A stretch of DNA of 64,000 bases from an uncultured delta proteobacterium (GTDB lineage: Bacteria > Desulfobacterota > Binatia > UBA9968): assembly GCA_963816145.1 (NCBI GenBank), contig CAWFJP010000017.1:251435-315434 (forward strand). Direction: 5' to 3'. Below are positions 19,101 to 31,100 of the stretch, one piece after another. Below the pieces are notes generated by a model. The model saw only the letters and a program-made list of their open reading frames with translations, was not told where the DNA came from and searched no databases. The position numbers and the translations under genes were made by a program. Each line of letters begins with the position of its first letter. Position 1 is the stretch's first letter.

Positions 19101-21875
19101 GTGGTAGTTGGGAAAGAGTTCGTCAAAGAGGACGATCAGCGGTACGCTATTCGCTCAACAAGCGTCGACGATTACGAGGCTTTGTTTGCAGACCTGAACA
19201 GGCTGAGATTTTTCCCCGACAATATCATTCATCTGTGGACTTTCAATGCCCAGCCCCGGAACGGTTCGGTGTTCGATCGCCTTCAAAACTCTCAAGAGCG
19301 CGGTTTCTTCAGCCTGCTCCATCTTGCCCAAACTGTCGGTAGACAGAAATCGACGGAGCCGCTTCAACTGTTGGTAGTGTCAAATGACTTGTTCGACGTG
19401 ACCGGTGAGGAAAATCTGCGGCCCGAAAACGCAACTATTCTGGGGCCCTGTAAAACCATTCCGCTGGAATATTCGAATATTACTTGCCGAGTAATAGATC
19501 TCGACGGGTCGCAGATCCGCAGTTTCCACCAGCCTATCGGGTTTATTGATCGTGTCCTCGCGGAAGTTCGACCTGAGTCTTCAAACGCTCTGGTCGCTTA
19601 CCGGGGCAATCATCGATGGGTTCAGTCTTTCGAAGCCTTAAGGCTCGCAGACCCGTTAAATGAACGACCGCGTTTGAGAGACGGTGCCGTTTGTCTGATC
19701 ACTGGAGGGTTGGGAGGAATCGGCCTTGCGTTGGCTGAATACTTGGCTCAAACCGCACACGTCAAGCTCGTTATGATCGGGCGCTCAAGCTTTCCCGATC
19801 GTAAAAATTGGGATCAGTGGCTCGCGAGTCATGGAGAAGGTGATCCCGTAAGCCTTAGAATCCGAAAACTGCGGTCGCTTGAGGCGCTGGGAGCCGAGGT
19901 CCTGGTCGTTACGGCGGATGTATCTGACTTAGAGCAAATGAAAACCGCAATCGAGCAGGCAAAGAAACGCTTTGGTACGATTCACGGGGTGATCCACGCT
20001 GCAGGGATAGCCGGCGGAGGTGTAATTCAAACAAAAGATGTCGCCACGGCAGCCAAGGTTCTGTCGCCGAAGGTGAAAGGGACGTTGGTACTCGATGAAT
20101 TGTTGAAAGATATCGCGCTGGATTTCTTTGTGCTTTGTTCGTCGGTGCTTGCACTGACGACCCGGGCCGGACAAGCAGATTATTGCGGCGCTAACGCATT
20201 CCTGGACGCATACGCCCATTACAAATCTTTAAACCATAACTCATTTACCGTTTCGATTAACTGGGTTGGCTGGCAAGAGGTGGGCATGGCTGTCGATGGC
20301 TCATTGACGAGCCAAGCTAGGGTGATTCATGCTGGCTCCATCGGCAGAGAAATCGATCATCCGCTTCTCGACCGCCTCATCTTTGAAACGCCGGATCGCC
20401 TCGTCTATCGCACCAATTTTCGCGTCGCGAAACATTGGGTTCTAAACGAGCATCGAATTTTGGGAACTGCCGCGCTTCCTGGCACAGTGTTCCTGGAAAT
20501 GGCGCGAGCCGCCTTTGGCGAATGCTTTGAGCGAGACAAAATCGAAATCAGGGACGTTGTCTTTTTAACACCGCTGACGGTAGGCGATGACGAACAAAAA
20601 GATGTTTTTACTGTCTTAGAACGAGATGGGGAGTCATGTGACTTCCGCATCATCAGCAAAACTTCGTCGATCGGTGCAGGAGAACTGGCGTGGCGCGAGC
20701 ACGCGAGGGGTAAGATTGCCCGTTTGACACAGTCTAACGCTGCCATGGCGGTCACTCAAGAAGCTCTCAGAGGACTCTATGATAATGGAACACTCGGCCT
20801 CAACCAGAAAGAGCAATCAAACGTAAGCAAAACAGTCTATTGGGGGCCCCGATGGCAGTGCGCAAGAGCTTCGATCTTCGAGGGCAGCGAAGTTCTAGCT
20901 CGTCTCGAGTTACCGAAAGAGTTTAGTGCCGATTTGGAGAAGCTCCAACTTCATCCCGCGCTCTTGGATGTGGCCACTTCGTTGGGTGTCAGACATGCAA
21001 GTGACGAGCAATATTTGCCGTTGTCGTACGGGCGCTTGGAAGTGCACGGGCCTCTGTCCCGCATGCTTTACGTCAAGCTTGAGGATAACGGTTCTTCGGG
21101 TTTCGAGACACCCACATTCGATGCGCTGATCACGGATCAAGGGGGGAAGCTACTCGTTCGAGTCGAAGCTTTCTCATTGAAGCGCGTTAATACACCAAGC
21201 GCCTCGCGGAAACTGGGCCGGAACGGGGAAAGAGATCTACGGCCTGACCATGCCCGGCTGAGCGAGGCGGAAGCGCTTTTCTATGAAAGCCTGGTGGTTG
21301 AAAGACAACACCAAAATAAATTCGAGGGCATTCTTCCGCAAGAAGGAGTCGCGGCGTTTCACCGGATCATGTCGCTCGAGAAAGTGCCGCAAATCGTCGT
21401 TTCGGTCACAGATCTTGCGCCTGTACTTAATCTCCCGGGGGCAGTTGTAGGTTCTTCCGTAGAGCTGGCGAGTCAGCAATCCTCACTTGGCACCGCGCAT
21501 GTGCGTCCGAATCTGCAGAGCACATTTGCGGTAGCGCAAAGTGACTCGGAAAGGACTCTTGCAAGCATTTGGCAGGAAGTTCTCGGTATCGAACGGGTTG
21601 GAGTCAACGACAATTTCTTCGAGCTCGGCGGTGATTCGGTGATAGCGATCCAGGTGATCACCAAGGCCAACAAAGCAGGGTTTCGCTTCGCCGCCAACGA
21701 TATATTCCAGCACCAAACAGTTGCTGAGCTCGCGGCCATTGGCGTTTCCGGGCGCCATCAAGAAGCGATTAAGGATTCAAACGACAAGTCCAAGCCTTCG
21801 CGATCAGACGACTTTGGGTGGACCCAAGAGGAGAGGGATAGAATTCGCCGCGCTCTTACTAATTCTTTGGATTGA
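16167..21875 (+). CDS. cis-AT type I PKS module KS-AT-KR-DH-ACP
   Basis: KS TACSTS, HGTGT, KTNIGH; AT GHSIG and HGFHS (malonyl-like); KR GGLGGIG, HAAG, YCGAN; DH HRILGTAALP and HPALLD placed after KR; ACP GGDS. Confidence 0.93.
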   Translation: MSESNTFHSSFSSNGMEIAIIGMAGRFPGARNLEQYWRNLRDGVESVSFFSNEELMAAGVGRELLEDRNYVRAGLVLDDVDLFDAPFFGLSPREATILDPQQRFFLECAWEALEQAGYSPDSLERLTGVYGGVGQNNYLRVNLLANRQNGEGFQEYELGIANEKDFLTTRVAYKLNLRGPSVTIQTACSTSLVAVHQACQSLLSYQCDMALAGGVSISLPQRQGYLFQSGWISSPDGHCRAFDANAAGTIFGSGAAIVVLKRLADAITDGDRIYAVIKGSAINNDGSHKIGYTAPSGAGQAEVIAMAQAMAEVAPATVSYIETHGTGTQLGDPIEIEALNQVFRQSTERKSFCAIGSVKTNIGHVDVAAGIAGLIKTVLALKHEQLPPSLNYEKPNPQIDFANSPFYVNTELRDWRTNGHPRRAGVSSFGVGGTNAHLVLEEGPSEEPSTKSRPWQLLLLSARTETALDAMTVNLAKHLYDHPHLNLADVGHTLQVGRKVFTQRRMIVCRDVADAVEVLMRRDSERVFSGAHERHDRPVAFMFTGQGSQYSGMAQGLYESEPTFRAQIDACCELLKSHLGLDLREVIYPNGLRFESREARRKGQKTVDNGSVNQTWLTQPALFVVEYALAKLWIEWGVEPRAMIGHSIGEYVAACLAGVFSLEDALALVAARGRLIQELPGGAMLSVALDERQVRSLLGAQLSIAAVNAPSTCVVSGPTGDVEALERRLADQSTAFQRLHTSHGFHSALMDPILETFTRLVQQIKLHGPTIPFVSNVSGRWITAEEATDASYWARHLRQTVRFGEGVRELIKGQNLALLEVGPGQTLTTLVRRNMVTSRERALSSLRQPQSNNSDVEFILKTLGRLWLLGVPVKWKGFYSHERRRRIPLPTYPFERQRYWVEPEKSSVENKKQPDLVSKKPDVADWFYVPVWKQAPPLGVPRIGESSAQSRWLAFVDADGLGDRIVQRLREQNQHVVTVVVGKEFVKEDDQRYAIRSTSVDDYEALFADLNRLRFFPDNIIHLWTFNAQPRNGSVFDRLQNSQERGFFSLLHLAQTVGRQKSTEPLQLLVVSNDLFDVTGEENLRPENATILGPCKTIPLEYSNITCRVIDLDGSQIRSFHQPIGFIDRVLAEVRPESSNALVAYRGNHRWVQSFEALRLADPLNERPRLRDGAVCLITGGLGGIGLALAEYLAQTAHVKLVMIGRSSFPDRKNWDQWLASHGEGDPVSLRIRKLRSLEALGAEVLVVTADVSDLEQMKTAIEQAKKRFGTIHGVIHAAGIAGGGVIQTKDVATAAKVLSPKVKGTLVLDELLKDIALDFFVLCSSVLALTTRAGQADYCGANAFLDAYAHYKSLNHNSFTVSINWVGWQEVGMAVDGSLTSQARVIHAGSIGREIDHPLLDRLIFETPDRLVYRTNFRVAKHWVLNEHRILGTAALPGTVFLEMARAAFGECFERDKIEIRDVVFLTPLTVGDDEQKDVFTVLERDGESCDFRIISKTSSIGAGELAWREHARGKIARLTQSNAAMAVTQEALRGLYDNGTLGLNQKEQSNVSKTVYWGPRWQCARASIFEGSEVLARLELPKEFSADLEKLQLHPALLDVATSLGVRHASDEQYLPLSYGRLEVHGPLSRMLYVKLEDNGSSGFETPTFDALITDQGGKLLVRVEAFSLKRVNTPSASRKLGRNGERDLRPDHARLSEAEALFYESLVVERQHQNKFEGILPQEGVAAFHRIMSLEKVPQIVVSVTDLAPVLNLPGAVVGSSVELASQQSSLGTAHVRPNLQSTFAVAQSDSERTLASIWQEVLGIERVGVNDNFFELGGDSVIAIQVITKANKAGFRFAANDIFQHQTVAELAAIGVSGRHQEAIKDSNDKSKPSRSDDFGWTQEERDRIRRALTNSLD

Positions 21876-21889
21876 TTTTTGACGAATTT

Positions 21890-24800
21890 ATGAAGAACGT
21901 CGAGGACTACTACCCGCTTTCACCCATGCAACAGGGGATGCTTTTTCATAGTCGAAGCCGCCCCTCCTCCGGGATGTACCACGAGCAGGTAAGCTCTTCG
22001 TTGCACGGACTACTTGATGTTGCGGCATTCCGTCGTGCCTGGCAGCAAGTTTTTGGGAGACATCCAGCTCTGCGGACGAGCTTTGCTTGGCAAGATCTGG
22101 ATGAGCCGGTCCAGGTTGTGCACCGGGAAGTCACGCTATCGTGGAATCAGCAGGATTGGCGCGGACTTTCTCGGGAGCAACAAGCCGAGCGGTTCGCTGC
22201 CTATCTTCAAATGGATAGAGAGCAGGCCTTTGATCTCCATCATCCTCCCTTGACGCGTTTGGTTCTTATGCGGATGGCTGACGATGTGCACAAGTTCTTG
22301 TGGAGCTATCACCACGCGCTTCTCGACGGATGGTCCGCGTCTTTAGTGCTGAAGGAAGTCTACGGTCTTTATGAGGCGTTTTGCCAGGGACGGCACATCG
22401 ATATTGAGCCGGCGCGTCCTTTTAGGGACTACATGAAGTGGTTAAAGCAACAGGACTTTCGTGAGGCCAAGCATTTTTGGCGCGCCGAGCTCAAGGGCTT
22501 CACGACTCCTACGCCACTCCCGGCAGGCCAAATGCATGGCATGCTGGCGGATTACGGAAAGGATTATGACGCGCTGACAACTAAGTTGTCAGCGGCTACC
22601 ACGGGGTTGTTGCAAAGCTTCGTCCGCCAGCACCATTTGACCTTGAACACTATTGTTCAAGGAGCATGGGCTCTACTGTTAAGTCGCTATAGCGGTGAGG
22701 AAGACGTCGTTTTTGGAGCCACGACTGCGGGTCGTCCGGCGACGCTCGAAATGGTCGAATCAATGGTCGGCGTTTTTATCAACTCCGTTCCCGTTCGAGT
22801 CCAGGTGTCCGCTTCGGATCTATTGCTTCCTTGGCTCAAGGAGATCCAAAGACGCTTCGCTGACCTGCGACAGTACGAATATGCGCCACTTGTCCAAATA
22901 CAGGGATGGAGCGAAGTTAACCGCGGATTATTTGAGAGTCTAGTAATATTTGAAAACTTTCCGACGAGCGGTCTTGCCCACGACAAAGACCAAAGTTTGA
23001 AGATCAGAGATAGTCTTTATCGTACGCGCATCAATTACCCGCTTGCGCTGATGGTCGTGCCGGAGCAAGAGATGTCTTTGCGGATCATGTACGATTGCAA
23101 ACGCTTCGACGTCGGTGCAATCAGCCGCTTGTCGGATCACTGCTTGAAACTATTGGAAGGGATGGTTGCTGGTCCGGATCGGCGGCTTTGTGAGTTCCCG
23201 ATATTGACCGAAGCGGAGCAGCGGCAACTCTTAGTGGAGTGGAACGACACAGCGAGAGATTATCCTAGAGTTGAGTCTGTTCACAAACTTATTGAAGCTC
23301 AGGTACAGCGCAGTCCGGACGCTGTTGCAGTGGTTTTTGCGGGTAAGGAATTGACCTATCGCGAGCTCAATCAGCGAAGCAACCAATTGGCTCATCGCCT
23401 GATAAAACTAGGAGTCGAGCCCGATGTGTTGGTCGGGATTTGCGCGGACCGATCGATGGAGATGGTAGTCGGATTGTTGGGGGTTTTGAAGGCAGGTGGC
23501 GCCTATGTGCCGTTGGATCCCGGCTATCCCAAGGAGCGACTGGCGTTCATGTTGCAGGATGCGCAAGTGCCGGTTTTGCTCACGCAGGCGCATCTGCTGA
23601 AGGGCCTGCCCGAGCACCGGGCGCATGTGCTCTGCTTGGATCGCGATTGGGAGATGCTCACCGGAGAGAGCACCGAGAACCCGGCGGCGACTGTGAACGG
23701 CGAGAACCTGTCCTACGTCATTTACACCTCGGGCTCCACCGGCCAGCCCAAGGGAGCAATGAACACGCACAAGGGGATCTGCAACCGACTGCTTTGGATG
23801 CAGGAGATGTATCGCTTGACGGAAGCGGATCGCGTGTTGCAGAAGACCCCTTTTAGTTTTGACGTGTCAGTTTGGGAGTTTTTTTGGCCGTTGCTGGCAG
23901 GAGCTCGTTTGGTTGTCGCCTGTCCGGAAGGGCATAAGGACAGCGCCTATTTGGTTAAAGTAATTACCGAGCAGAAGGTCACTACACTGCACTTTGTCCC
24001 GTCGATGTTGCAGGTGTTTCTCGATGAGCCGGGTCTGGAAAATTGCAGTTCTCTAAAGCGAGTTATTTGTAGCGGAGAAGCGCTGACAGTGGCGTTGCAA
24101 GAGCTGTTCTTCGCGAAATGTCACGCGGAGTTGCACAACCTCTACGGTCCGACCGAGGCGTCTGTGGACGTGACTTACTGGGCGTGTGAACGAGATAGCT
24201 CTTGGCCCACCGTGCCGATCGGCCGTCCGATCTCGAATACTCAAATCTATATACTGGACTCCCACTTACAAGCAGTGCCGATCGGTGTTGCTGGTGAGCT
24301 TCACATTGGCGGTATTGGTTTAGCCCGAGGTTATCTCAACCGGCCGGAACTAACCGATGCGAAGTTTCTTCCTGATCCGTTCAGTACCGAGCCGGAAGCT
24401 CGTATCTATAAGACAGGAGACTTAGCCCGTTATCTCCCCAACGGCAACATTGAATATCTGGGCCGCTTAGACCATCAGGTAAAGATTCGCGGTTTCCGCA
24501 TCGAGTTGGGGGAGATCGAGTCCGTGTTGTCTCGTCACCCGAGCGTAAAAGAGACTGTGGTCCTGGCGCGGGAAGATACCCCCGGCGAAAAGCACCTTGT
24601 CGCTTATGTTGTTCCCGCACACGAGTCAACGCCGACCCCGAACGAGCTGCGGGAGTTTCTCCGACACAAGCTGCCCGACTACATGGTTCCGTCAGCGTTT
24701 GTTCACCTGGAGTCCTTGCCTCTCTCGCCCAACGGCAAAGTGGATCGCAAAGCACTTCCGCCTCATGATCCAATCGCGTCGATTGTTAAGGAGGTTTTCC

Positions 24801-25138
24801 TCCCACCTCGCACCCTTACGGAGAAAACCCTTGCAAAGGCCTGGTCCGAAGTCTTGAAGGTGGAGCACATAGGGATCCACGACCACTTCTTTGATTTAGG
24901 GGGGCATTCGCTGTTGCTTGCGCAAGTCGAGCGCAAATTACGGGGAAGTTTTGACAGGGAACTATCACTGGTCGATCTGTTTGAGCACCCGACTATCGCT
25001 ACTCTGGCCCAGCACATCAATCGAGAACAGGCAGGGGATTTCTGCACCGAGCAAGGAGAGGATACGAATGTTCAGCGCCTGGACGGGAAAAGCCGCATCG
25101 CAGAGCTGCATCGAAGGAGACTAAATAGCGCAGGTTGA
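21890..25138 (+). CDS. NRPS module C-A(Ser)-T
   Basis: C HHALLDG; hand-extracted A-domain code DVWHISLVDK, matching Ser codes; T GGHSL. Confidence 0.92.
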   Translation: MKNVEDYYPLSPMQQGMLFHSRSRPSSGMYHEQVSSSLHGLLDVAAFRRAWQQVFGRHPALRTSFAWQDLDEPVQVVHREVTLSWNQQDWRGLSREQQAERFAAYLQMDREQAFDLHHPPLTRLVLMRMADDVHKFLWSYHHALLDGWSASLVLKEVYGLYEAFCQGRHIDIEPARPFRDYMKWLKQQDFREAKHFWRAELKGFTTPTPLPAGQMHGMLADYGKDYDALTTKLSAATTGLLQSFVRQHHLTLNTIVQGAWALLLSRYSGEEDVVFGATTAGRPATLEMVESMVGVFINSVPVRVQVSASDLLLPWLKEIQRRFADLRQYEYAPLVQIQGWSEVNRGLFESLVIFENFPTSGLAHDKDQSLKIRDSLYRTRINYPLALMVVPEQEMSLRIMYDCKRFDVGAISRLSDHCLKLLEGMVAGPDRRLCEFPILTEAEQRQLLVEWNDTARDYPRVESVHKLIEAQVQRSPDAVAVVFAGKELTYRELNQRSNQLAHRLIKLGVEPDVLVGICADRSMEMVVGLLGVLKAGGAYVPLDPGYPKERLAFMLQDAQVPVLLTQAHLLKGLPEHRAHVLCLDRDWEMLTGESTENPAATVNGENLSYVIYTSGSTGQPKGAMNTHKGICNRLLWMQEMYRLTEADRVLQKTPFSFDVSVWEFFWPLLAGARLVVACPEGHKDSAYLVKVITEQKVTTLHFVPSMLQVFLDEPGLENCSSLKRVICSGEALTVALQELFFAKCHAELHNLYGPTEASVDVTYWACERDSSWPTVPIGRPISNTQIYILDSHLQAVPIGVAGELHIGGIGLARGYLNRPELTDAKFLPDPFSTEPEARIYKTGDLARYLPNGNIEYLGRLDHQVKIRGFRIELGEIESVLSRHPSVKETVVLAREDTPGEKHLVAYVVPAHESTPTPNELREFLRHKLPDYMVPSAFVHLESLPLSPNGKVDRKALPPHDPIASIVKEVFLPPRTLTEKTLAKAWSEVLKVEHIGIHDHFFDLGGHSLLLAQVERKLRGSFDRELSLVDLFEHPTIATLAQHINREQAGDFCTEQGEDTNVQRLDGKSRIAELHRRRLNSAG

Positions 25139-25158
25139 CCGCGAGGAGGCAAACCCAG

Positions 25159-28100
25159 GTGAAAAATCCAACAAGCAAAAACCATCAAAACGGTATTGAG
25201 ATTGCCATTATCGGTATGGCGGCACGCTTTCCTGGAGCGGCCAATGTCAAGCAGTTTTGGCGGAATCTCCATGATGGCGTCGAGTCTCTTACGCTCTTTT
25301 CTGATGCCGAATTGCGATCCTCGGGAGTAGACCCCGCGCTGATCGCCAATCCCGACTACGTCAAAGCCAAGCCAATACTTGAAGACACGGATTCATTCGA
25401 CGCGGCTTTTTTTGGCTTCAACCCCAAGGAAGCCGAAATCATGGATCCGCAGCACCGAATTTTTCTAGAATGCGCCTGGGAGGCGCTCGAAAACGCTGGT
25501 TATGATTCGGAAAAGTACAAGGGATTGATAGGGGTGTATGCCGGCGCCAGTATGAACAGCTACCTTTTGAATCTTGTTGCGAATCACTCTTCCAAAGGGC
25601 CTCCCGACTATTACCAAATGCTCGTCGGTAACGAAAAGGATTTCCTCCCCACTCGGGTTTCCTACAAGCTCAATCTTAAGGGACCGAGCCTCAACGTTCA
25701 AAGCGCATGCTCCACTTCGCTGGTTGCTGTGCACTTGGCTTGCCAAGGTCTTCTCAGCGGGGAGTGCGACATGGTCTTAGCCGGCGGTGTCTCGATCCAA
25801 GTGCCGCAAAGAGACGGGTACCTTTACCAGGAGGGTATGATTCGTTCTCCCGATGGTCGTTGCCGCGCCTTCGATGCCAGAGCGCAGGGCACGAACTTCG
25901 GCGAAGGCGTTGGCGTTGTTGTTCTCAAGCGGCTCGCAGACGCGGAATCCGACGGAGATCACATCGAGGCGGTGATCAAAGGTTCCGCCATCAACAATGA
26001 TGGCGCATACAAGGTTGGCTACGCAGCGCCAAGTGTTGACGGCCAAGCGAAGGTGATCAGGGCCGCTCAGTCCGTTGCAGAGGTCGAACCTGACACATTG
26101 AGTTATATTGAAGCCCATGGGACCGGAACTGAAATCGGTGATCCGATCGAGATTGCCGCGCTAACAAAGGCCTTTCGTGCCAGCACCCAGAGGAAGAATT
26201 TTTGCGCCGTCGGTTCAGTTAAAACTAATTTCGGACACCTCGATGCGGCAGCTGGTATCGCGGGGTTGATCAAGACCGCTTTAGCCTTGAAGCACAAATT
26301 GCTGCCCGCAAGCATTCATTTTGAGCGGCCTAATGCGAAGATTGATTTCGACAACAGTCCATTCTACGTCAACGCTAAGCTCGCGCAATGGCCATCGGGT
26401 CCGACCCCTCGACGCGCTGGCGTAAGCTCGTTTGGTATTGGCGGAACCAATGCCCATGTTATTCTGGAAGAGGGCCCTATTGCGGAAGCCTCCGGGCCCG
26501 CACGACCCTGGCAGTTGCTCGTGCTGTCAGCCAAAACGACCACAGCATTAGAAGCTGCGGCGAGAAACCTCGCTACACATTTAAGGGACCATCCTGATTT
26601 CACGCTCGCTGATGTTGCATACACGTTGCAGGTTGGCCGGCGGCGGTTCGGGCATCGCCGAGCCGTCGTTTGCCGCGATGCGAGAAACGCAGTCGACATG
26701 TTGGAATCGTCCGATCCCAAGCTCGTCATGACGGTTCACAGTGAACAGGAAGACCGGCCGGTGGCGTTCATGTTTCCGGGACAAGGTGCCCAGTATGTAA
26801 ACATGGCTGTGTCTCTGTATCGCGAAGAAGCGATTTTCCGGAAGACTGTCGACGAGTGCGCGCAAGCGCTTGTCCCGCATCTAGAAGTCGATGTGCGCGA
26901 GATTCTCTTTCCCGAGCCGGCCCAAACGGCCGCGGCGGAACGCAAGATCACGGAGACCTACATCACTCAACCGACTCTATTTGTCATTGAATATGCGCTA
27001 GCTCAGTTGTGGCTGAATTGGGGCATTAGGCCGCGGGCGGTAATCGGTCACAGCCTCGGAGAATATGTGGCTGCCTGTCTCGCCGGCGTGATGACCCGGG
27101 ACGACGCCCTGTCCCTTCTGGCGGGACGGGCGCGGCTCATGCAACAACTCCCTCCTGGCGGCATGCTCGCCGTGCGTCTGGCTGCAAAGGACTTGAAGTC
27201 GCTTCTTGACGCACGCTTGTCGATTGCAGCGGTGAACACTACTGCCCTGACAGTGATTTCGGGGCCTTACGAAGCGCTCGAGTGCCTAGAGCTTGAACTC
27301 GCGGAACGAGGTGTCGGGTATCGCCGGTTGCCGACATCCCATGCGTTTCACTCCGACATGATGAATCCGGTACTCGAGCCGTTCGCGAAACTAACGGAAA
27401 AGATCAGGCTTAGACCGCCGCAAATTGGTTGGGTTTCCTGTCTGACCGGGGATTGGATTACAGAGTCGCAAGCCATCGATCCGACTTACTGGGTGCGCCA
27501 ATTGCGAGAAACGGTGCGCTTTACCGAGGGCGTGGGGAAACTTCTCAAGGATCATCAATCGGCGCTGCTTGAGGTCGGCCCTGGTACTAGTTTAGCAAAC
27601 TTCGCCAAGCAGCACCCCGACAGGACCAAGGAGCATGTAGTTCTTTCCTCCTCAAGCTCGGCTCGAGAAGCGGGTCTCGACATCGAATCGATGCTCCACT
27701 CGCTCGGCGGGCTCTGGCTGGCCGGGGCCGCAGTGGATTGGCAACAAGTGCATGGTGGCGAACCGCGCCGCAGGCTACCCCTACCGACCTATCCGTTCGA
27801 ACGGCAGCGTTATTGGATCGATACCCCGACCACCGCCGATCATGAACCCGAAAATGCGGCCTCCGCGGCCGATAACGGAGATCTATCAAACCACCGCGAC
27901 ATCGAGATCGAAACGGGAGTATCCGTCATGAAGTCTAATCTAGCCGAATCCGCCTCATCGGGGCAGCAGATTGAGTTGCAATCCAGGCTGCGCGCAGTTC
28001 TCTCCGAACTTTCAGGTATCGAAGCTGCCGCACTGGACAGCTCCGCGAATTTTGCGGAACTGGGATTCGATTCCCTGTTTCTGACGCAGGCCAGTGGTGC

Positions 28101-31100
28101 GATCCAGCGGTCCTTCAACGTTAAAGTATCGTTTCTCCAGTTGCTCGAAGATCTCTCAACCATCGAAGCTCTTGCGGCTCACTTGGATCGCGTCATGCCA
28201 CGTGAGCAAAAAGCAGAGACCGAAAGCCTTATTGTTGCGTCGCAGCCAACGACACAAAAACCGCCTGCGGAGCCACTTGCCGCCGCGCAGAATTTGTGTG
28301 CCACGAGCAACGGATTGCCGACAGATGGACTTGGGCGGGGCTCTGATGCGTTGGAACGAATCCTGAACCGGCACCTTGATCTCATGTCGCGTCAGTTAGA
28401 CCTGCTGCGAAATGGCTCCCGATCCATCGATGGAATATCGTTCTCGCTGGAAGAAATGTCCAGAGTGAATGGCCACTCGGAGTCAGTACCGGTTGCCGGT
28501 CGGGCTCCCGCCATTCCGGTTTCGCCCGCCGTGGCGGGCCGGTCGCAGCTGCTGGAGCGAACCGACTCGACAGCATTCGGTCCTTACAGCGCGATAAAAA
28601 AACACGCGCAAGAGGCTCTCGCTCCGCGCCAGCAAGAAAACCTCGATAGCTTTATCTCGCGGTACACAAAGCGGACTCAGGAATCGAAGCGGTATACGCA
28701 AACCCACCGGGCTCATCTAGCCGATCCACGATCGGTCGCTGGTTTCCGTTCACTGTGGAAGGAGTTGACCTATCCGATTGTCGTTGCACGCTCTTCGGGA
28801 TGCAAACTTTGGGATTTGGACGGCAACGAATATGTCGACTTGGTGAACGGTTTCGGCTCGAGTCTGTTCGGCTATGCTCCTCAATTTGTGACCGAAGCGA
28901 TCGAAGCACAACTGAAGACAGGCATGGAAATCGGTCCTCAGTCGCTTCTGGCGGGCAAAGTTGCTGAGCTAGTATGCGAAATGACTGGCATGGAGCGCGC
29001 CGCATTCTGCAACACGGGCTCCGAAGCCGTCCTGGCGGCGTTGCGCGTTGCTAGGACCGTGACCGGACGAGATAAGATTGCCCTTTTCTCAGGCTCCTAT
29101 CACGGCATCTTCGACGAAGTCCTGGTGCGATCGGTGGCCGGCGGCAGGGAAGCGCGCTCAATGCCGATTGCGCCAGGAATCGTCGAGAGCATGGTTAAGA
29201 ACGTGCTTGTGTTAGATTACGGCAACCCAGAGTCACTGAGAATTCTGAAGGAGCGCTGTGATGAAATCGCCGCCGTGTTGGTGGAACCGGTTCAGAGTCG
29301 CCGGCCAGAATTGCAGCCAACGGAATTTCTGCACGAGCTTCGTGACCTGACAAAGGCTTCGGGCATCGCGCTTATCTTCGACGAAATGATTACCGGGTTT
29401 CGCAGTCACCCAGGAGGCGTGCAGACTCTGTTTGGCGTGAAGGCGGATTTGGCGACATACGGAAAAGTGATCGGTGGCGGACTACCGATTGGCGTCGTCG
29501 CTGGTACTGCAGCATTCATGGACGCACTCGACGGCGGGACGTGGAGCTACGGGGATGCGTCGTTTCCCACCGTCGACGTTACTTTTTTTGCCGGAACGTT
29601 CGTGCGCCATCCGTTAGCGCTGGCAGCTGCCCGTGCGGTCCTGGATCATCTCAAGCGAAGCGGTCCGACCCTTCAGGCCGGCTTGAATGCTAAGACCGCC
29701 GAGCTGGTAAAATCCTTGAATGCCTATATTGAGGAACTCGGCGCGCCCATGCGAGTCACGCATTTTAGCTCATGGCTGAGCATCCATTTCACCGAAAATC
29801 TTCCACTGACGAGCCTGTTCTTCGCCTTCATGAGAGCAAAGGGAGTGCACCTATTGGAAGGGCGCCCCTGCTTCCTGACGACCGCGCATACAGACGAGGA
29901 TCTAGAGCACGTGGTAGGGGCCTTCAGGGAAAGCGTCTCAGAAATGCAGGAAGCCGGATTTTTGCCTGCGCCGCAAAATGCACGGCAACAGTCCGTCTCT
30001 CGTCAGGTGGCTGAAATTTCCTCATGCAAAGATCCTGAATACGTTCCGTTGTCCTTCACCCAGCAGCAAATATGGTTCCTGGAACAATTAATGCCTGGAA
30101 GCGCGGTTTATAATCTTGCCATCGGCTATCGTTTCAAAGGGTCGCTCAGTGTGCCAGCTCTAGAAGCTGGTTTGAATGAAATCGTTCGACGTCACAAATC
30201 GTTACGGACCACAATCTCCGTGATCGATGAAGTGCCAGTGCAAGTGATTGCGCCGTCAATAAAAATCTCTCTGCCCACGCATGATTTGACGACGGTTCCT
30301 CAATTCGAACGTGAAGCACGGGCGATGCAGATAGCTTCTGAAGAGGCGCGCGATCCGTTCAATTTAGTCGAAGGCCCGCTAATGCGCTCGACCGTGTTGA
30401 AATTGAGCGAGAACGAGTACGTTCTTCTAGTTACCTGTCATCATCTTATCACTGATGGATTGTCGCAGGACGTTTTCTTAAGGGAGTTGGCCCATCTCTA
30501 TGGAACGTTCTCTACTGGAAACCCTTCGCTTCTTCCTGAAATTTCATTCCAATATGCCGACTTCGTTCGTTGCCAGGAGGAGAAGCTGCGCGGAGATGTG
30601 CTGGAGCAGCGGTTGTTATATTGGAAGAGTCAGCTTGAGGGGCTCCCAGAACTGCTCGCTTTGCCGACCGATAGGCGGCGACCGGCCGTTCGGACCTATC
30701 ACGGTGCCACTCAATCGAAGGTGGTATCCAAGGAGCTTACCAAGAAGCTGAAGACTCTCAGCCGGAACGAACGGGTTACGCTGTATATGACGTTGCTGGC
30801 GGCCTTCAAGGTACTATTATGCCGCTTAACAGGGCAGGCAGACATGGTAGTCGGTTCACCCATCGCGGGCCGCGATCAAGTAGAAGTTGAGGGGCTAATC
30901 GGGCTGTTCGTCAACACCATGATATTGCGCACAGACCTGTCAGGCGATCCGACCTTTCGCGAATTGCTGCAAAGGGTGAGGGAATCAACACTCGGGGCCT
31001 ACCGCAACCAGGAAGTGCCATTTGACAAGTTGATGGGAGAACTTAAGTCAGAACGGCATCTCAGTCACAATACCCTGTTCCAAGTGATGTTTGTTCACGA

